Below the pieces are notes generated by a model. It made no database searches, was not told the DNA's origin, and was given only the letters and a program-made list of their open reading frames with translations. Both the position numbers and the translations under genes were made by a program. DNA of 63,788 nucleotides, counting the filler, from Octopus bimaculoides (lineage: Eukaryota): the NCBI RefSeq assembly GCF_001194135.2. It is 6 parts of 5 records of this genome, joined end to end, with 100 filler letters (N's around TTAATTAATTAA, not from the genome) between each part and the next. Parts side by side here need not be neighbours in the genome. Positions count along the whole stretch, not along the records: positions 35,968 to 57,475 come from NC_068996.1; 5 more parts are not named here. The stretch is one strand, 5' to 3'. Positions 40,440 through 51,915 of the stretch are shown here, piece by piece (position 1 is the stretch's first letter; each line of letters begins with the position of its first letter).

Positions 40440-40800
40440 GTAGTTGGTGAAGGTAGGTTAGTACTAAGAGCTGGCAGGGTATAATGAAGAGAGCATACAT
40501 GTGAGGACTGAAGTCAATGAATGGGGTTGTTTATTAATGTCTGTAGAAGAGCCATTTGTGTTTCCATGTGAAGACTTGGCGTTGCTGTATGGCAATTCTA
40601 TGCGCAGATATAACCTAATGGAGTGAAGCATCTAGCTACAAGCTAGGAGATTGTTTGAGCTTGTGGTTCAAACTTCATGGAGTTGCTCGCTGAAGTGGCC
40701 ACCTGATAAACGTATATTTTTGATCAGATATAATGTATTACAATGTTTATATTGGATGCAATGTATGAGGGTCGTGAATGTTACGGAGTGTTATGGGCGA
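40440..40800 (-). mobile_element. Penelope-like GIY-YIG endonuclease remnant
   Basis: CIQYKHCNTLY...GHFSEQL...LVARCF resembles the IYCI.C..C...YIG..R...RF.EH...PVA.HF pattern, with frameshifts. Confidence 0.6.
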
Positions 40801-41789
40801 ATTATTGGAGATGAAGTGACAGGCATAGTAAAAGAAAGGAGTGTTTAATGGTGATACATCTCTATTTCAGGATGGAACATGGCTTCTAATTAAGGGATCA
40901 TGGACATCTTTATTTAATTTGAAAGAGAGTCAGAAAGCTTTATGAATATATTCCGCAAGTAGGGTTTCAGGGGAAATAGAAGTGCAAATTGCGTAGAGAA
41001 AGAGCCGGCTGGTATAATGGAAGAGAAAACAACTTTGCTTCGGATGTCGTGTCTCTGTTAATAGGCCACCTGAAATGTGGAGTTGATTAACAAAATATGT
41101 TAACCCAATGTCACATGGAACGGAAACAAAACAAAAATCTGTTTTTATGGTGTTGTCCATTGGTCCTGAAACTTTTTCTGACTGCCAGACCACATTTCTA
41201 GCGTCCCTTCACACACCTCCCACATCATCGTAAACACGGATCTCTTTCTACAGCAAATTAGAAACAACTGTATTTCACAAAAGAACTTAACCTAATTAAA
41301 CCATTATTTTGCTGATTTTACAACATGAAAGAGAAAATTTACTACATATCACCTGTAATTACGTTGTTATTATTTTCATTTCATTTCCTGTGATGGATGA
41401 CCATTGTGCAGGTATATCAGTTTCACAACGGCACAGAAAGGTACTGAAAAGTAGTCTTAGATACCCGCATTCAGTTATTTTCAAACTGCTTCCTTGCTTA
41501 GAAACAAGCTAGGCTTCAGCACTAAAGCCTCGATGTATAAGATATGATGTTGGGAATGCAATAAAATACATCTTAACTTTGTTCCACAGTGCATAGTAGC
41601 AGTAGGCTATGTCCTTTCGCAATAAAAAATCCTGATATCAAGTTTTGAAATTTGATCTCAGCTCAATGGCATTTTAAAGTGAAACCATTTCTTCCTCTAC
41701 TTCTTTTGTTTCCTCATTACTGACATCTATATAATTTAAGCAAAAATAAACATCCTAATGTCTGCCAGATTTGTCTCTGTGCATCTCAT

Positions 41790-41910
41790 CTAGTGTGAAT
41801 GATACACTTGAATGTCATCTTCTGGTATGCGCTTTCGTTTCTCCAATTCAGAGGGGCACCGAAACTGGAACAGCTCATGACGGCTTAGGTCACATTTGAA
41901 TATGTGTAAC
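41790..41910 (-). CDS. Possible exon of unknown gene
   Basis: Strong acceptor (ccctctccacgtttcttctcag). One frame is open to a TAG (LHIFKCDLSRHELFQFRCPSELEKRKRI...). No clear donor. Confidence 0.25.
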
Positions 41911-42205
41911 CTGAGAAGAAACGTGGAGAGGGCTAATTTTACCTTCATGAGGTTTATCTTAATTTCCTTGCAGTTGCAAATTAACTCCAAAGAACTTTGT
42001 GAATACACACACACACATGTATTAGACGAAGCATTGGTTTAAAGCAATGCTTAGGTATGAGCAGAATTTAGGTTAGTTGAAATATGTTTGTCACATATTT
42101 CAACTGCTAAAGGCTAAACACTGCAGTTACCGTGGAGAATATATCTCTCTTATGGTAAAAAGGTGCGAAAACACCCAGTTCACTCAGTGTCACCATCTCT
42201 CAAGA

Positions 42206-42251
42206 ATCTACGACATCGATGTTTCGAGTTTTTGATTCTTGTCAATGCGAT
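42206..42251 (-). ncRNA. Decayed partner hammerhead (U3/A8 core)
   Basis: Minus strand reads atcgca-TTGACAA-gaatcaaaaactc-GAAAC-ATCGAT-GTC-gtagat. Stem I is broken. Confidence 0.6.
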
Positions 42252-42410
42252 GCACTTAAGAGAGACAACTTAAATAACGCTGTAGCTTTATATATAATTC
42301 AGTGAACACGTTGACTGATTTGCGCTAGTAGATCAAGGTAAATAACGATGCGTTGGCTCAAATTAGCAACAGCTTTATCACGTTCGTTCAGAGTTACCTC
42401 TCTTAGGTAC

Positions 42411-42457
42411 ATCTCATTGACAAGAATCATAAAATTCGAAACATCGATGTCTGAGAT
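42411..42457 (+). ncRNA. Type I hammerhead ribozyme with U3-A8 variant core
   Basis: ATCTCA-TTGACAA-GAAT cataaa ATTC-GAAAC-ATCGAT-GTC-TGAGAT. All three stems pair. Predicted cut after C42451. Confidence 0.85.
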
Positions 42458-42906
42458 TCCTGAGAGATGGTGATACTTAACAAACTAGGTGTTTTCATAT
42501 ATTTTTACCATAAGAGAGATTTTTCACTACGGTAACTGCAGTTTATTTGCCTTTTAGCAGTTGNNNNNNNNNNNNNNNNNNNNNNNNNNNNNNNNNNNNN
42601 NNNNNNNNNNNNNNNNNNNNNNNNNNNNNNNNNNNNNNNNNNNNNNNNNNNNNNNNNNNNNNNNNNNNNNNNNNNNNNNNNNNNNNNNNNNNNNNNNNNN
42701 NNNNNNNNNNNNNNNNNNNNNNNNNNNNNNNNNNNNNNNNNNNNNNNNNNNNNNNNNNNNNNNNNNNNNNNNNNNNNNNNNNNNNNNNNNNNNNNNNNNN
42801 NNNNNNNNNNNNNNNNNNNNNNNNNNNNNNNNNNNNNNNNNNTATATATATATATATATGTATATACTTGCCATATATAGGCAATATAACACTTTATGCT
42901 CCTCAG

Positions 42907-42975
42907 TTAATAACAATGAACAGAATAAGAATCTTGCAAGAATTAAACAAGTTAAAAGAGAACAGAAACTTTCAG
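42907..42975 (+). CDS. Putative 69-nt internal exon
   Basis: ctttatgctcctcag acceptor and CAG|GTAGTT donor. The phase-1 frame (NNNEQNKNLARIKQVKREQKLS) fits the 36515 exon; the phase-0 frame (LITMNRIRILQELNKLKENRNFQ) is also open. Confidence 0.45.
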
Positions 42976-44025
42976 GTAGTTTTCCATTATCATCAATCGA
43001 ACTTTAATTTTCAACAATGATACAGTATAGAGTTGTAAAAACAGTAGGGAATTGTAAGGTGAGCATGTATCTGGATTTTATCTATTGTTGTGATAACGAA
43101 GCTCAGCAATGTGTTAAGTCTAGCACTTGGGTTATCTGCAGCAACATGTTGTTTGTGGATTTCACAGTACACTGTAAACACATTAGGTACAACGTCTTTA
43201 ATAAATTTATGAAGTAGCGTCCCGTCTAGTGTTCAAACTCAAAATGCTATCTCCTTTTCGGTATCCGTTTCTAGTTGTTTTACAAATAAGAGCTATTGAA
43301 TTAAACGTTTGTCTTTGACGAAGCAAACAAAAGCAAGAAAAATACTCTTATCGCTTGGCAAAGGGGACTAATCGAACTGTAAGCTAAGTTTAGTTGTTCT
43401 AAGTATGTTGCACAATGTATATTCAATGTTATAGAATTCTACGTTTTGAAACACTTGTAATACGCATCTTGACAGAATTTTTTTTTACTTCCACCTCTTC
43501 ATTTCAGTCATCACAAAGAAAATCCCGAAAAAAAAAAAATTAAAACTGAGCAAATCCAATTTATGCATGATATCTTTTTCAATCTTTTTTTTTTTTTTAT
43601 GAAAATACAGATTATAAGTCTTTCAAAATGTGGAGTACTACATAACGAAACAAAAATAGTGGTAAACAGTTTCCAAGGAGTTCGCCCGCGAATGTTTGGA
43701 AATGTAAGAAACCCCGAATTAAAAACGAGAAATTCCGATTTATGTAAGATAGCTATTCTGAAAGTCCGACAAATATAAATTAAATGCTTTTAAAAAAAAA
43801 ATCTTAATACATTATGATACAGTTTCTAAAACATGGATTTGAAAACATTGAAGAAAAAACGAGAAACAAAATAATCGGGCTGGTTAAATAGTAAGATCCA
43901 ATTGGAACTCCACTACAATGACCTGTGCTTCTACCATGCCCCAACAATTCTAAAACCTATTATAGTTATTTATACTTATTTCAATGAATGTATGAGTCTA
44001 TTGTGTTAAGCCTATCATTTTAAAC

Positions 44026-44347
44026 AAGGGGTTCTCAACCATTTTTATTTGTGGACCCCTTTGATTACTATTTTATTCTGGTAAACCCCACCCCCATAGC
44101 AATTCGATGTTTAAAAGCTAGTTTTATCGAAGCTTCTATCAAAATTGCTATTTTGTTTTTCTCACATTAACTTGTGTAGTTTGAACTATGTAAAATATAT
44201 ATTGCAGTTTCTTGCAATACATACTAATACATAAAAAAATTTTTCAGGGACCCTTAAAATACTATTGTGTATCCCCAGTTTACTATTTCGTTGCATGGAC
44301 ATCCCCACCCCACTAAATCTTACATGGACCCCGGTTGAGAACCATTA
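44026..44347. mobile_element. hAT-family MITE
   Basis: 15-bp TIRs aaggggttctcaacc / ggttgagaaccatta, flanked by an 8-bp TSD ttttaaac / tttcaaac (7/8). Confidence 0.85.
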
Positions 44348-44779
44348 TTTCAAACAAATGTATGGTGACAAATTCTGAAGTTTGTCCGATACTGAAAATT
44401 TACAAAATTTATATAAAATTACTGAAATCCAATCTAAGTGCTGATCGCATTTATCACAACTGCGTTACAATCATTGTAAAGTTCTTTACTTAGAAAATAA
44501 GTCAAGATACCAAATTATGGAATATATGAAGCATTTCTTACCTTTTTACCGAAAACTACATACTCAAGAGAAAAGCAGCAAGTAATATATTGAAGTTAAA
44601 AATTGTAGTTGTTAAAAAATAGAAACGATTTATTTAGTGAAAGTGACCAATCTCTCTCTCTCTCGCTCTCACTCGATTTTTACATGTATGTATATATGTG
44701 CGTACGTACGTATGCATGTAAATGCGTATGTATATATATCTCTTCTATTTTTTAATCATGTAAGTATGTATGTATATGC

Positions 44780-44819
<40 letters not shown>

Positions 44820-44968
44820 GTGCACACACGCATATATGAATATATATATATATACACACACACGCAGACACACACACAACACATCTTGATATATAAAACA
44901 TACATACACATGTATGTACACAAATGTGCATATATGTATGTATGTACGTGTATGTGTGTGTGTGTGTA

Positions 44969-45017
<49 letters not shown>

Positions 45018-45352
45018 GGCCTTAGTGGACTGTTCCATCACTTATTACTCTGGGGATTTGGGTAAGTAGAATGACCTCTCTCCTCATCACTGACGCCAAA
45101 TAAATGTGTGAACGTATGCGTATGTAAAGCATATGTATATAAGTACAAGATTTACTTCATTATATATATATATATAACACATTCACACACACACGCACAT
45201 ACACACACACGTACATATGTATTTATTTAAACGTATATACTCACATAAGTCTTTATATATGTGTGTGTGAATATAAATATATATGCATATACATATACAT
45301 ATATACATGCACACACACACACACACATACTTACACACTTATTTGACATTAG

Positions 45353-45373
45353 TATCAAAGAAGGCGGTCAAAG
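45353..45373 (+). CDS. Putative 21-nt microexon (phase 1-1, SKKAVK)
   Basis: tttgacattAG acceptor and a perfect AAG|GTAAGT donor; the phase matches the upstream candidates. Confidence 0.35.
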
Positions 45374-45496
45374 GTAAGTGGTACCCTAAGCAGATCCCAA
45401 AGGAATACTTGCTGGAGACTGCCGTTTGGAACTGAGTTAAAAGAACGCTCACATACTTAGACATAGATACATACACGCACTCATATACGCATGCGC

Positions 45497-45528
<32 letters not shown>

Positions 45529-46283
45529 NNNNNNNNNNNNNNNNNNNNNNNNNNNNNNNNNNNNNNNNNNNNNNNNNNNNNNNNNNNNNNNNNNNNNNNN
45601 NNNNNNNNNNNNNNNNNNNNNNNNNNNNNNNNNNNNNNNNNNNNNNNNNNNNNNNNNNNNNNNNNNNNNNNNNNNNNNNNNNNNNNNNNNNNNNNNNNNN
45701 NNNNNNNNNNNNNNNNNNNNNNNNNNNNNNNNNNNNNNNNNNNNNNNNNNNNNNNNNNNNNNNNNNNNNNNNNNNNNNNNNNNNNNNNNNNNNNNNNNNN
45801 NNNNNNNNNNNNNNNNNNNNNNNNNNNNNNNNNNNNNNNNNNNNNNNNNNNNNNNNNNNNNNNNNNNNNNNNNNNNNNNNNNNNNNNNNNNNNNNNNNNN
45901 NNNNNNNNNNNNNNNNNNNNNNNNNNNNNNNNNNNNNNNNNNNNNNNNNNNNNNNNNNNNNNNNNNNNNNNNNNNNNNNNNNNNNNNNNNNNNNNNNNNN
46001 NNNNNNNNNNNNNNNNNNNNNNNNNNNNNNNNNNNNNNNNNNNNNNNNNNNNNNNNNNNNNNNNNNNNNNNNNNNNNNNNNNNNNNNNNNNNNNNNNNNN
46101 NNNNNNNNNNNNNNNNNNNNNNNNNNNNNNNNNNNNNNNNNNNNNNNNNNNNNNNNNNNNNNNNNNNNNNNNNNNNNNNNNNNNNNNNNNNNNNNNNNNN
46201 NNNNNNNNNNNNNNNNNNNNNNNNNNNNNNNNNNNNNNNNNNNNNNNNNNNNNNNNNNNNNNNNNNNTATACATATATATATT

Positions 46284-46400
46284 GTAGTATATTGCCACTT
46301 AAGTGTGGCTGACCAGCTGGAGGAGATGTCCTCCTGGGGCTAAAAGCAACAGTAACATCCACCGCTAGGGGTCAGCCACACTTAAGTGGCAATATACTAC
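46284..46400. mobile_element. 117-bp MITE-like element with perfect 31-bp inverted repeats
   Basis: gtagtatattgccacttaagtgtggctgacc at 46284-46314 and its exact complement at 46370-46400. Confidence 0.85.
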
Positions 46401-46599
46401 ACTTTATCGTGCAGTTACTGTTAATACTTCATTTAGAGAATTAATATTGCTTATATATATATTGTTTTCATTTTGTTATTGCTGTTCTTCCTGTCACTAT
46501 TGATGTTGTTGAATTTATCGTTGTTGAGTGTCATATCGAACGGCAGAAGCGCATCGAAAGGCGGGGCTTCTACAATGGTTTGGCTTCTTGGCTTTATGC

Positions 46600-46860
46600 T
46601 CTTGCTTGATGGAGCTGGGGGTCATCTCAGGTTAGTGGTCCCAGAGGCGTCATCATATGTAGAGCTGACCAAGTCCACTAGCACTCTCCATCACTGGCGG
46701 TCCTGTGCCAACCCTTCTGCATCCTCCAAATTGGCATCGAGCCTCTGGAGATCTTCCTTAATCACGTCCAACCATCTAGTGAAGGACCTGCTTCGAAGCC
46801 TCTTTGAGCCCGCAGGTAGTGCATCGAATGAGCGTAAAGACTGAACAGGATGATGAAGCG
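46600..46860 (-). mobile_element. RTE-clade LINE 3' end
   Basis: RSRSFTRWLDVIKEDLQRL...LAQDRQ*WR. Confidence 0.8.
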
Positions 46861-46984
46861 AGAGACGGAAGATAATAGTTTATAATTAAAAAGAGTGAAA
46901 TGTAAGGGATATCGTTAGTGACAGAAATCTTTAGGAAAATAAAACAAATATTGGAAATATGCAGATTCCATAGTTAAATGTTAA

Positions 46985-47385
46985 CAGGCGCAGGAGTGGC
47001 TGTGTGATAAGTAGCTTGCTTACCAACTACATGGTTCTGGGTTCAGTCCCACTGCGTGGCACCTTGGGCAAGTGTCTCCTACTATAGCCTTGGGCCGACC
47101 AAAGCCTTGTGAGTGGATTTGGTAGACGGAAACTGAAAGAAACCCATCGTATATATGTATATATATATATGTATGTGTGTGTGTATGTTTGTGTGTCTGT
47201 CTTTGCCATCCCAACATCGCTTGACAACCAATGCTGGTGTGTTTACGTTCCGTAACCTAGCGGTTCGGCATAAGAGACCGATAAGTAGTAGGCTTGCAAC
47301 AAAGAAGTCCTGGGGTCGATTTGCTGGACTAAAGGCGGTGCTCCAGCATGACCACAGGCAAATGACTGAAACAAGTAAAAGAGAG
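46985..47385 (+). mobile_element. tRNA-derived SINE (family A), full length
   Basis: GGCGCAGGAGTGGCTGTGTG head, GGGTTCAGTCCC B-box, internal microsatellite, gtaaaagag tail. Confidence 0.9.
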
Positions 47386-47479
47386 AGAGAGTTGAAGAAA
47401 TTTGAGGTAAAGTGTTCATCTTCCGAGATATAATCACCATACATTTGCGGAGAACATCCAATAATCTGAGTAAAACTTT

Positions 47480-48300
47480 GAGTTTCAGGAAGGCTTGCAA
47501 ATGGGTTGGTGTTCCGAGGGTATATTTAAACCCCTGCCATCCAAGAAGTTTGTTGGGCTGATGGTGTCATTGTTGAAGGTAAGGTCGACTGTAGCGAGAC
47601 AGATGCTAGCGATGACGAATATTAATGAGAAGAGGTCAAAAAGTGATTTAAGGGACAGGAGCTAATTGCTCTCATCCTGTTGATCATGGATTTCAGATAC
47701 ACTTTCAATAGAGCTTATGGATATTTTATTAAGAAGGAAAGGGAATTGAGAAAGTGAAAGGCGTGGTTATCATTTGTGATTTGAGATATCACTGTAGAAT
47801 AAAATGAGTTTATCAAGTTAAATAGAGAGGGGGACAGTGGTATAACTGCGGACACCGTAGAGCAATCACAATAGTTTAACGAGGAAAGCTTACGGGAAAA
47901 TAGTTAGAGGAGGTGAGATGTGCATCGATCAGGCCGGTAGTAGAGGCGGGAGGGAAAGCAGAGAACAGTATTATATATTTTTAATAGACAAGGATACAAG
48001 ATTTTAGGTCTGGTGTATTTGGTGTTGGTAGATTACGTTATAAATCTAATAGAGTTGAGCTTCTTGAGAGCTGCCTCTCTGTAAAGTTCAATTCACCAAA
48101 CAACAGCTTCGCTTTTATCAGGTGGTTTACTTGTGAAGTCAATCCAACTCCACCGATTCTAAAAACATGTAAATAGATCTGTATTGCAGTGACGCTTCAC
48201 AAGCAGAAAAATGGAATTGCAGACTGAATTCAGTTAGCTTGGTATATGTGGGGTAAAGTTTAGGCGATACGTTGAATTGAGAGTGATCAACAAGTGAAAA
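47480..48300 (-). mobile_element. Penelope-like reverse transcriptase remnant
   Basis: KPPDKSEAVVW*IELYREAALKKL matches the PLE IKPADKGGAVVVW...Y..EA.RQL block. Confidence 0.75.
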
Positions 48301-48583
48301 ATGTATATTTTCAGAAATGGCGACTACAGCATGACGTGGATCGATAAAAGTTGATTGAGCGGGAAGCTGTTGGTGAGTTGATGGAGCCTGCTAGATTTAT
48401 TGGTGTTAAAGCATCATTGAGCATGCTGTTTAGGATGTGTGTTTGGGCTAATATCGAACTAAACAATGCAGGAGAAGTGAGAGTGGTAGTCTGTGACCTC
48501 ACAGTGGGACACTTCGTGAACATGATGCAGACAGGGAGCATATGAAGTACCTGGAAAAAGATGTAATAAAATAGTATGTGTTA

Positions 48584-48637
<54 letters not shown>

Positions 48638-49479
48638 ATACACACACGCACACACATATATATATATATATACACACATATATATATATATATATACACA
48701 CACATATATGTATGTATATATATATATGTGTGTGTGTGTTCGTGTGTATTTATTTATTTATGTATGCATGTATAACATGTAGTAGGATTTGGTGAAAATA
48801 TAGAAAGACTAGAAACTAGGAAGAAAGCACGGGGTATGGTTTACAAAGAAGTATCTTGTTTAAGAGTAAATGTGGTTATGATAGTGTTTAGCGAAGCTAA
48901 ATGTTGATCTGAAGTTAGAGTGCTTATCTCTGGATGAAAGGGAAGACAACCCTGTATAATTTGGTGCTGTACGTTCTAGCTGAATTTTAAAGTTTACACA
49001 TTGTGGTATAAAGAGTCACAGAAATCCAAAATTATATAATATAAAACTATAGAATCTAACTAAAATAGCGATGTTCTGTACTGCTAAAAGTCATACAAAT
49101 AATTCAGGCAATTGAATATATTTTATGCCGTGAGCAAGAGGTGAAGTTTAAGCTTAGTATAAAAAGTTTAAATGTTACCTGGTGTTGAAGGATAAATAGA
49201 TTTATTATATAACAATAACGGTAGAGAGAGAGAGAGAGAGAAAGAAAGAAAAGAGGGGATGTTCGGAACAGTATCGAAGATGCGACAAGTGCTAGTGGAG
49301 GAGAGCGATGACAAAATTAAAGCTTATTTTATTACTTACCAATGCCTATTCCCCATAGGTGGGGGCAGCCACAACTAGACACACACCAGGCCTTCCATTC
49401 ATTTCCCAGCTCAAAGAGGTGAGCCCCGTCCTATGCTCGGGTTAAGGCATTGAAAGCAACCCCCGATATCAGCAGCAGG

Positions 49480-50300
49480 GCTCGAGAGCATATGCTGGTT
49501 TACCCCTGCCACATCATGCTGGTTCCGTACCCCTTTGAGCAACATCAAATTTACTCATCAGTCCACAAACACTCCCCAAGCTTTCCTATCATTTATAAAC
49601 TCTCTTGCCTCTCTCACTCCAACACCTCTAACTACCAAAGCTTTCCTCACTCCATCCATCCATCCATCCATCCATCCACACAAACCAAGGTCTCCTTCTG
49701 ATTCTGCTGCCTACAACTTCTGCCTTCATCACCCTCCTTATCATCCGCTCCTCATCCATCCTCTCCATGTGGCCAAACCATCTCAACATTTGTCTATCCA
49801 TCCTGGTACATAGATTTTCTTTCCCCCCCGCTCGCCTTCGCACCTCCTCATTTCTCAACCTGTCCATCTGTATCACACCAACCATAGCCCTTAGACATCT
49901 CCTCTCAAACACATCTAGTCGCCTCCTTTCCGCCTCTCTCAGACCCCATGTCTCTGCACCATATAACATTGTCGGCACAATCATGCCCTCATACACACCT
50001 CTTCGCTTTCATACTCAACCTTTTATCTCTCAGCATATCTTTCACAACTCCAAGTATCTTACTCTCCTCCCTCACTCTGTATCCTACCTCCTCGGCCAAC
50101 ACCCATCTGCCATCACATGTGATTCCAGATGCTTAAAAACACTCACCTCCTCTTACATCTCACTGTTTATATTCACATCTATCCTACCAGCCATTCCATC
50201 TCCTGAACATCCCATCACCTTACTCTTACCTACATTCAGTTTCAGTTTCCTCCTCTCACACACTCTTTCAAACTCTACCACCAGTCTCCTCAGTTGCAAA
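49480..50300 (-). mobile_element. RTE-clade LINE 3' part (a different family)
   Basis: VPTMLYGAETW...RRLDVFERRCLR...LRWFGHMERMDEERM. Confidence 0.92.
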
Positions 50301-50424
50301 ATTAAAGTAACACCAACAAATTCGAGAAGAAAAGGTGTTAATAACACAGAAGCAGCAAGTTCACAACTGTACATTTAAACAGCAAGAAAAAAAAAAAAAA
50401 GAATTCCACACAAATTCATCTACA

Positions 50425-50810
50425 TAGGAGTGGCTGTGAGTTAAGTAGCTTGCTTACCATCCACATGGTTCCGGGTCAGTCCCAATGCGTATCACCTTAG
50501 CCAAGTGTCTTCTACTATTGCCTCGGGCCGACCAAAGCCTTGTGTGTGCATTTGGTAGACGGAAACTGAAAGAAGCCTGTCGTATATATACATATGTATA
50601 TGTTTGTGTGGCGTTTGTTCCCCCCCATTATCGCTTGACAACTGATGTTGGTGTGTTTACGTCTTCGTAACTTAGCGGTTTGGCGAAAGACACCGATAGA
50701 ATAAGTACTAGGCTTACAAAGAATAAGTCCTGGGGTCGATTTGTTCGACTAAAAGCCGTGCTCCAGGATGGTCGCAATCAAATGGCTGAAACAAATAAAG
50801 GAATAAAATA
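50425..50810 (+). mobile_element. tRNA-derived SINE (family A)
   Basis: Matches the copy at 46985. Confidence 0.88.
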
Positions 50811-51174
50811 AAAGCTTCTGTGTGAGTTGTATATTACTTTGAACGCCGCTTTTTATGTTGCCAATAAATTAGGAACTGCGTTACTATTATTCTTTTATCA
50901 TAAATGAACTCTTTTAGAAAAACAGGTGCGGCTATCAAAAATTATGAGCACTACGCCTATCAATACGAATTAAATTGATAATATAAAAAAAAAGTTGGTC
51001 ATGAAGGATAAACAGTATAAAATGCGATGTCACGTGTTAAACCTGTTGCTGCTTTCCGACATTTATATATTGGCAGTGACATGAAAATAAGGTATAAAGC
51101 TGAAACTTCTCAAAATAAAACAATCCCAGTATACCAATTGGAGCATTACCACGTGTTTCCTATATATACTTTTA

Positions 51175-51570
51175 TTCTTTTAATGTTTAACTTGTTTACT
51201 TGGGGTCATGCTGGAACATCTCCTTGAAGAATTTTAATCAAACACATCGAACCCAAGATTTATTCTCTGTAAGCCTGGTACTTATTTTGTCGGTCCTTTT
51301 TTGCCGAACCGCTATGTTACGCAGACGTAAACACACCAACGTTGGTTGTTAAGCGATGGTAGAGGGGACAGACTCAGACCCAAACACACAAATATACACA
51401 TGCACACACACACATATAAGGAGATTCATTCAATTTCCATCTACAGAATCCACTTATAATGCTTTGACCTCCCCGATGTTATAATAGAAGACACTTGCTC
51501 AAGGTGCAAGCAGTTGGGCTGAACCCGGAACCATGTGGTTGGGAAGAAAGCTTCTTGCAACACAACCACG
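51175..51570 (-). mobile_element. tRNA-derived SINE (family A)
   Basis: Matches the copy at 46985 in reverse. Confidence 0.85.
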
Positions 51571-51578
51571 CCTCCACC

Positions 51579-51660
<82 letters not shown>

Positions 51661-51883
51661 CACACATATATATACATACATACATACATACATATATATA
51701 CATATATACATACTTATATATACATATATATATGTATATATATATATATATATATAATACAAAGAATATATATACATGTATACACACATATATGTACATA
51801 CTTACATCTACATGTGTATATACATGCATATCAGGGTACAGGACGTTAGAACAATAAACTACAGNNNNNNNNNNTATATATAT

Positions 51884-51915
<32 letters not shown>

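Larger units (their letters stand above)
42101..42563. mobile_element. Inverted pair of about 170-bp PLE-type terminal repeats
   Basis: 42101-42270 is the reverse complement of 42392-42563, running up to the gap. Each arm carries an HHR motif. Confidence 0.85.

Noticed and set aside
39407-43778. Further candidate exons (39420-39536 minus, 40960-41070 both strands, 43027-43059 plus, 43610-43702 plus)
   Set aside because: Each has one good splice signal or an open frame, but no recognisable product and no consistent phase; not supportable without RNA data.
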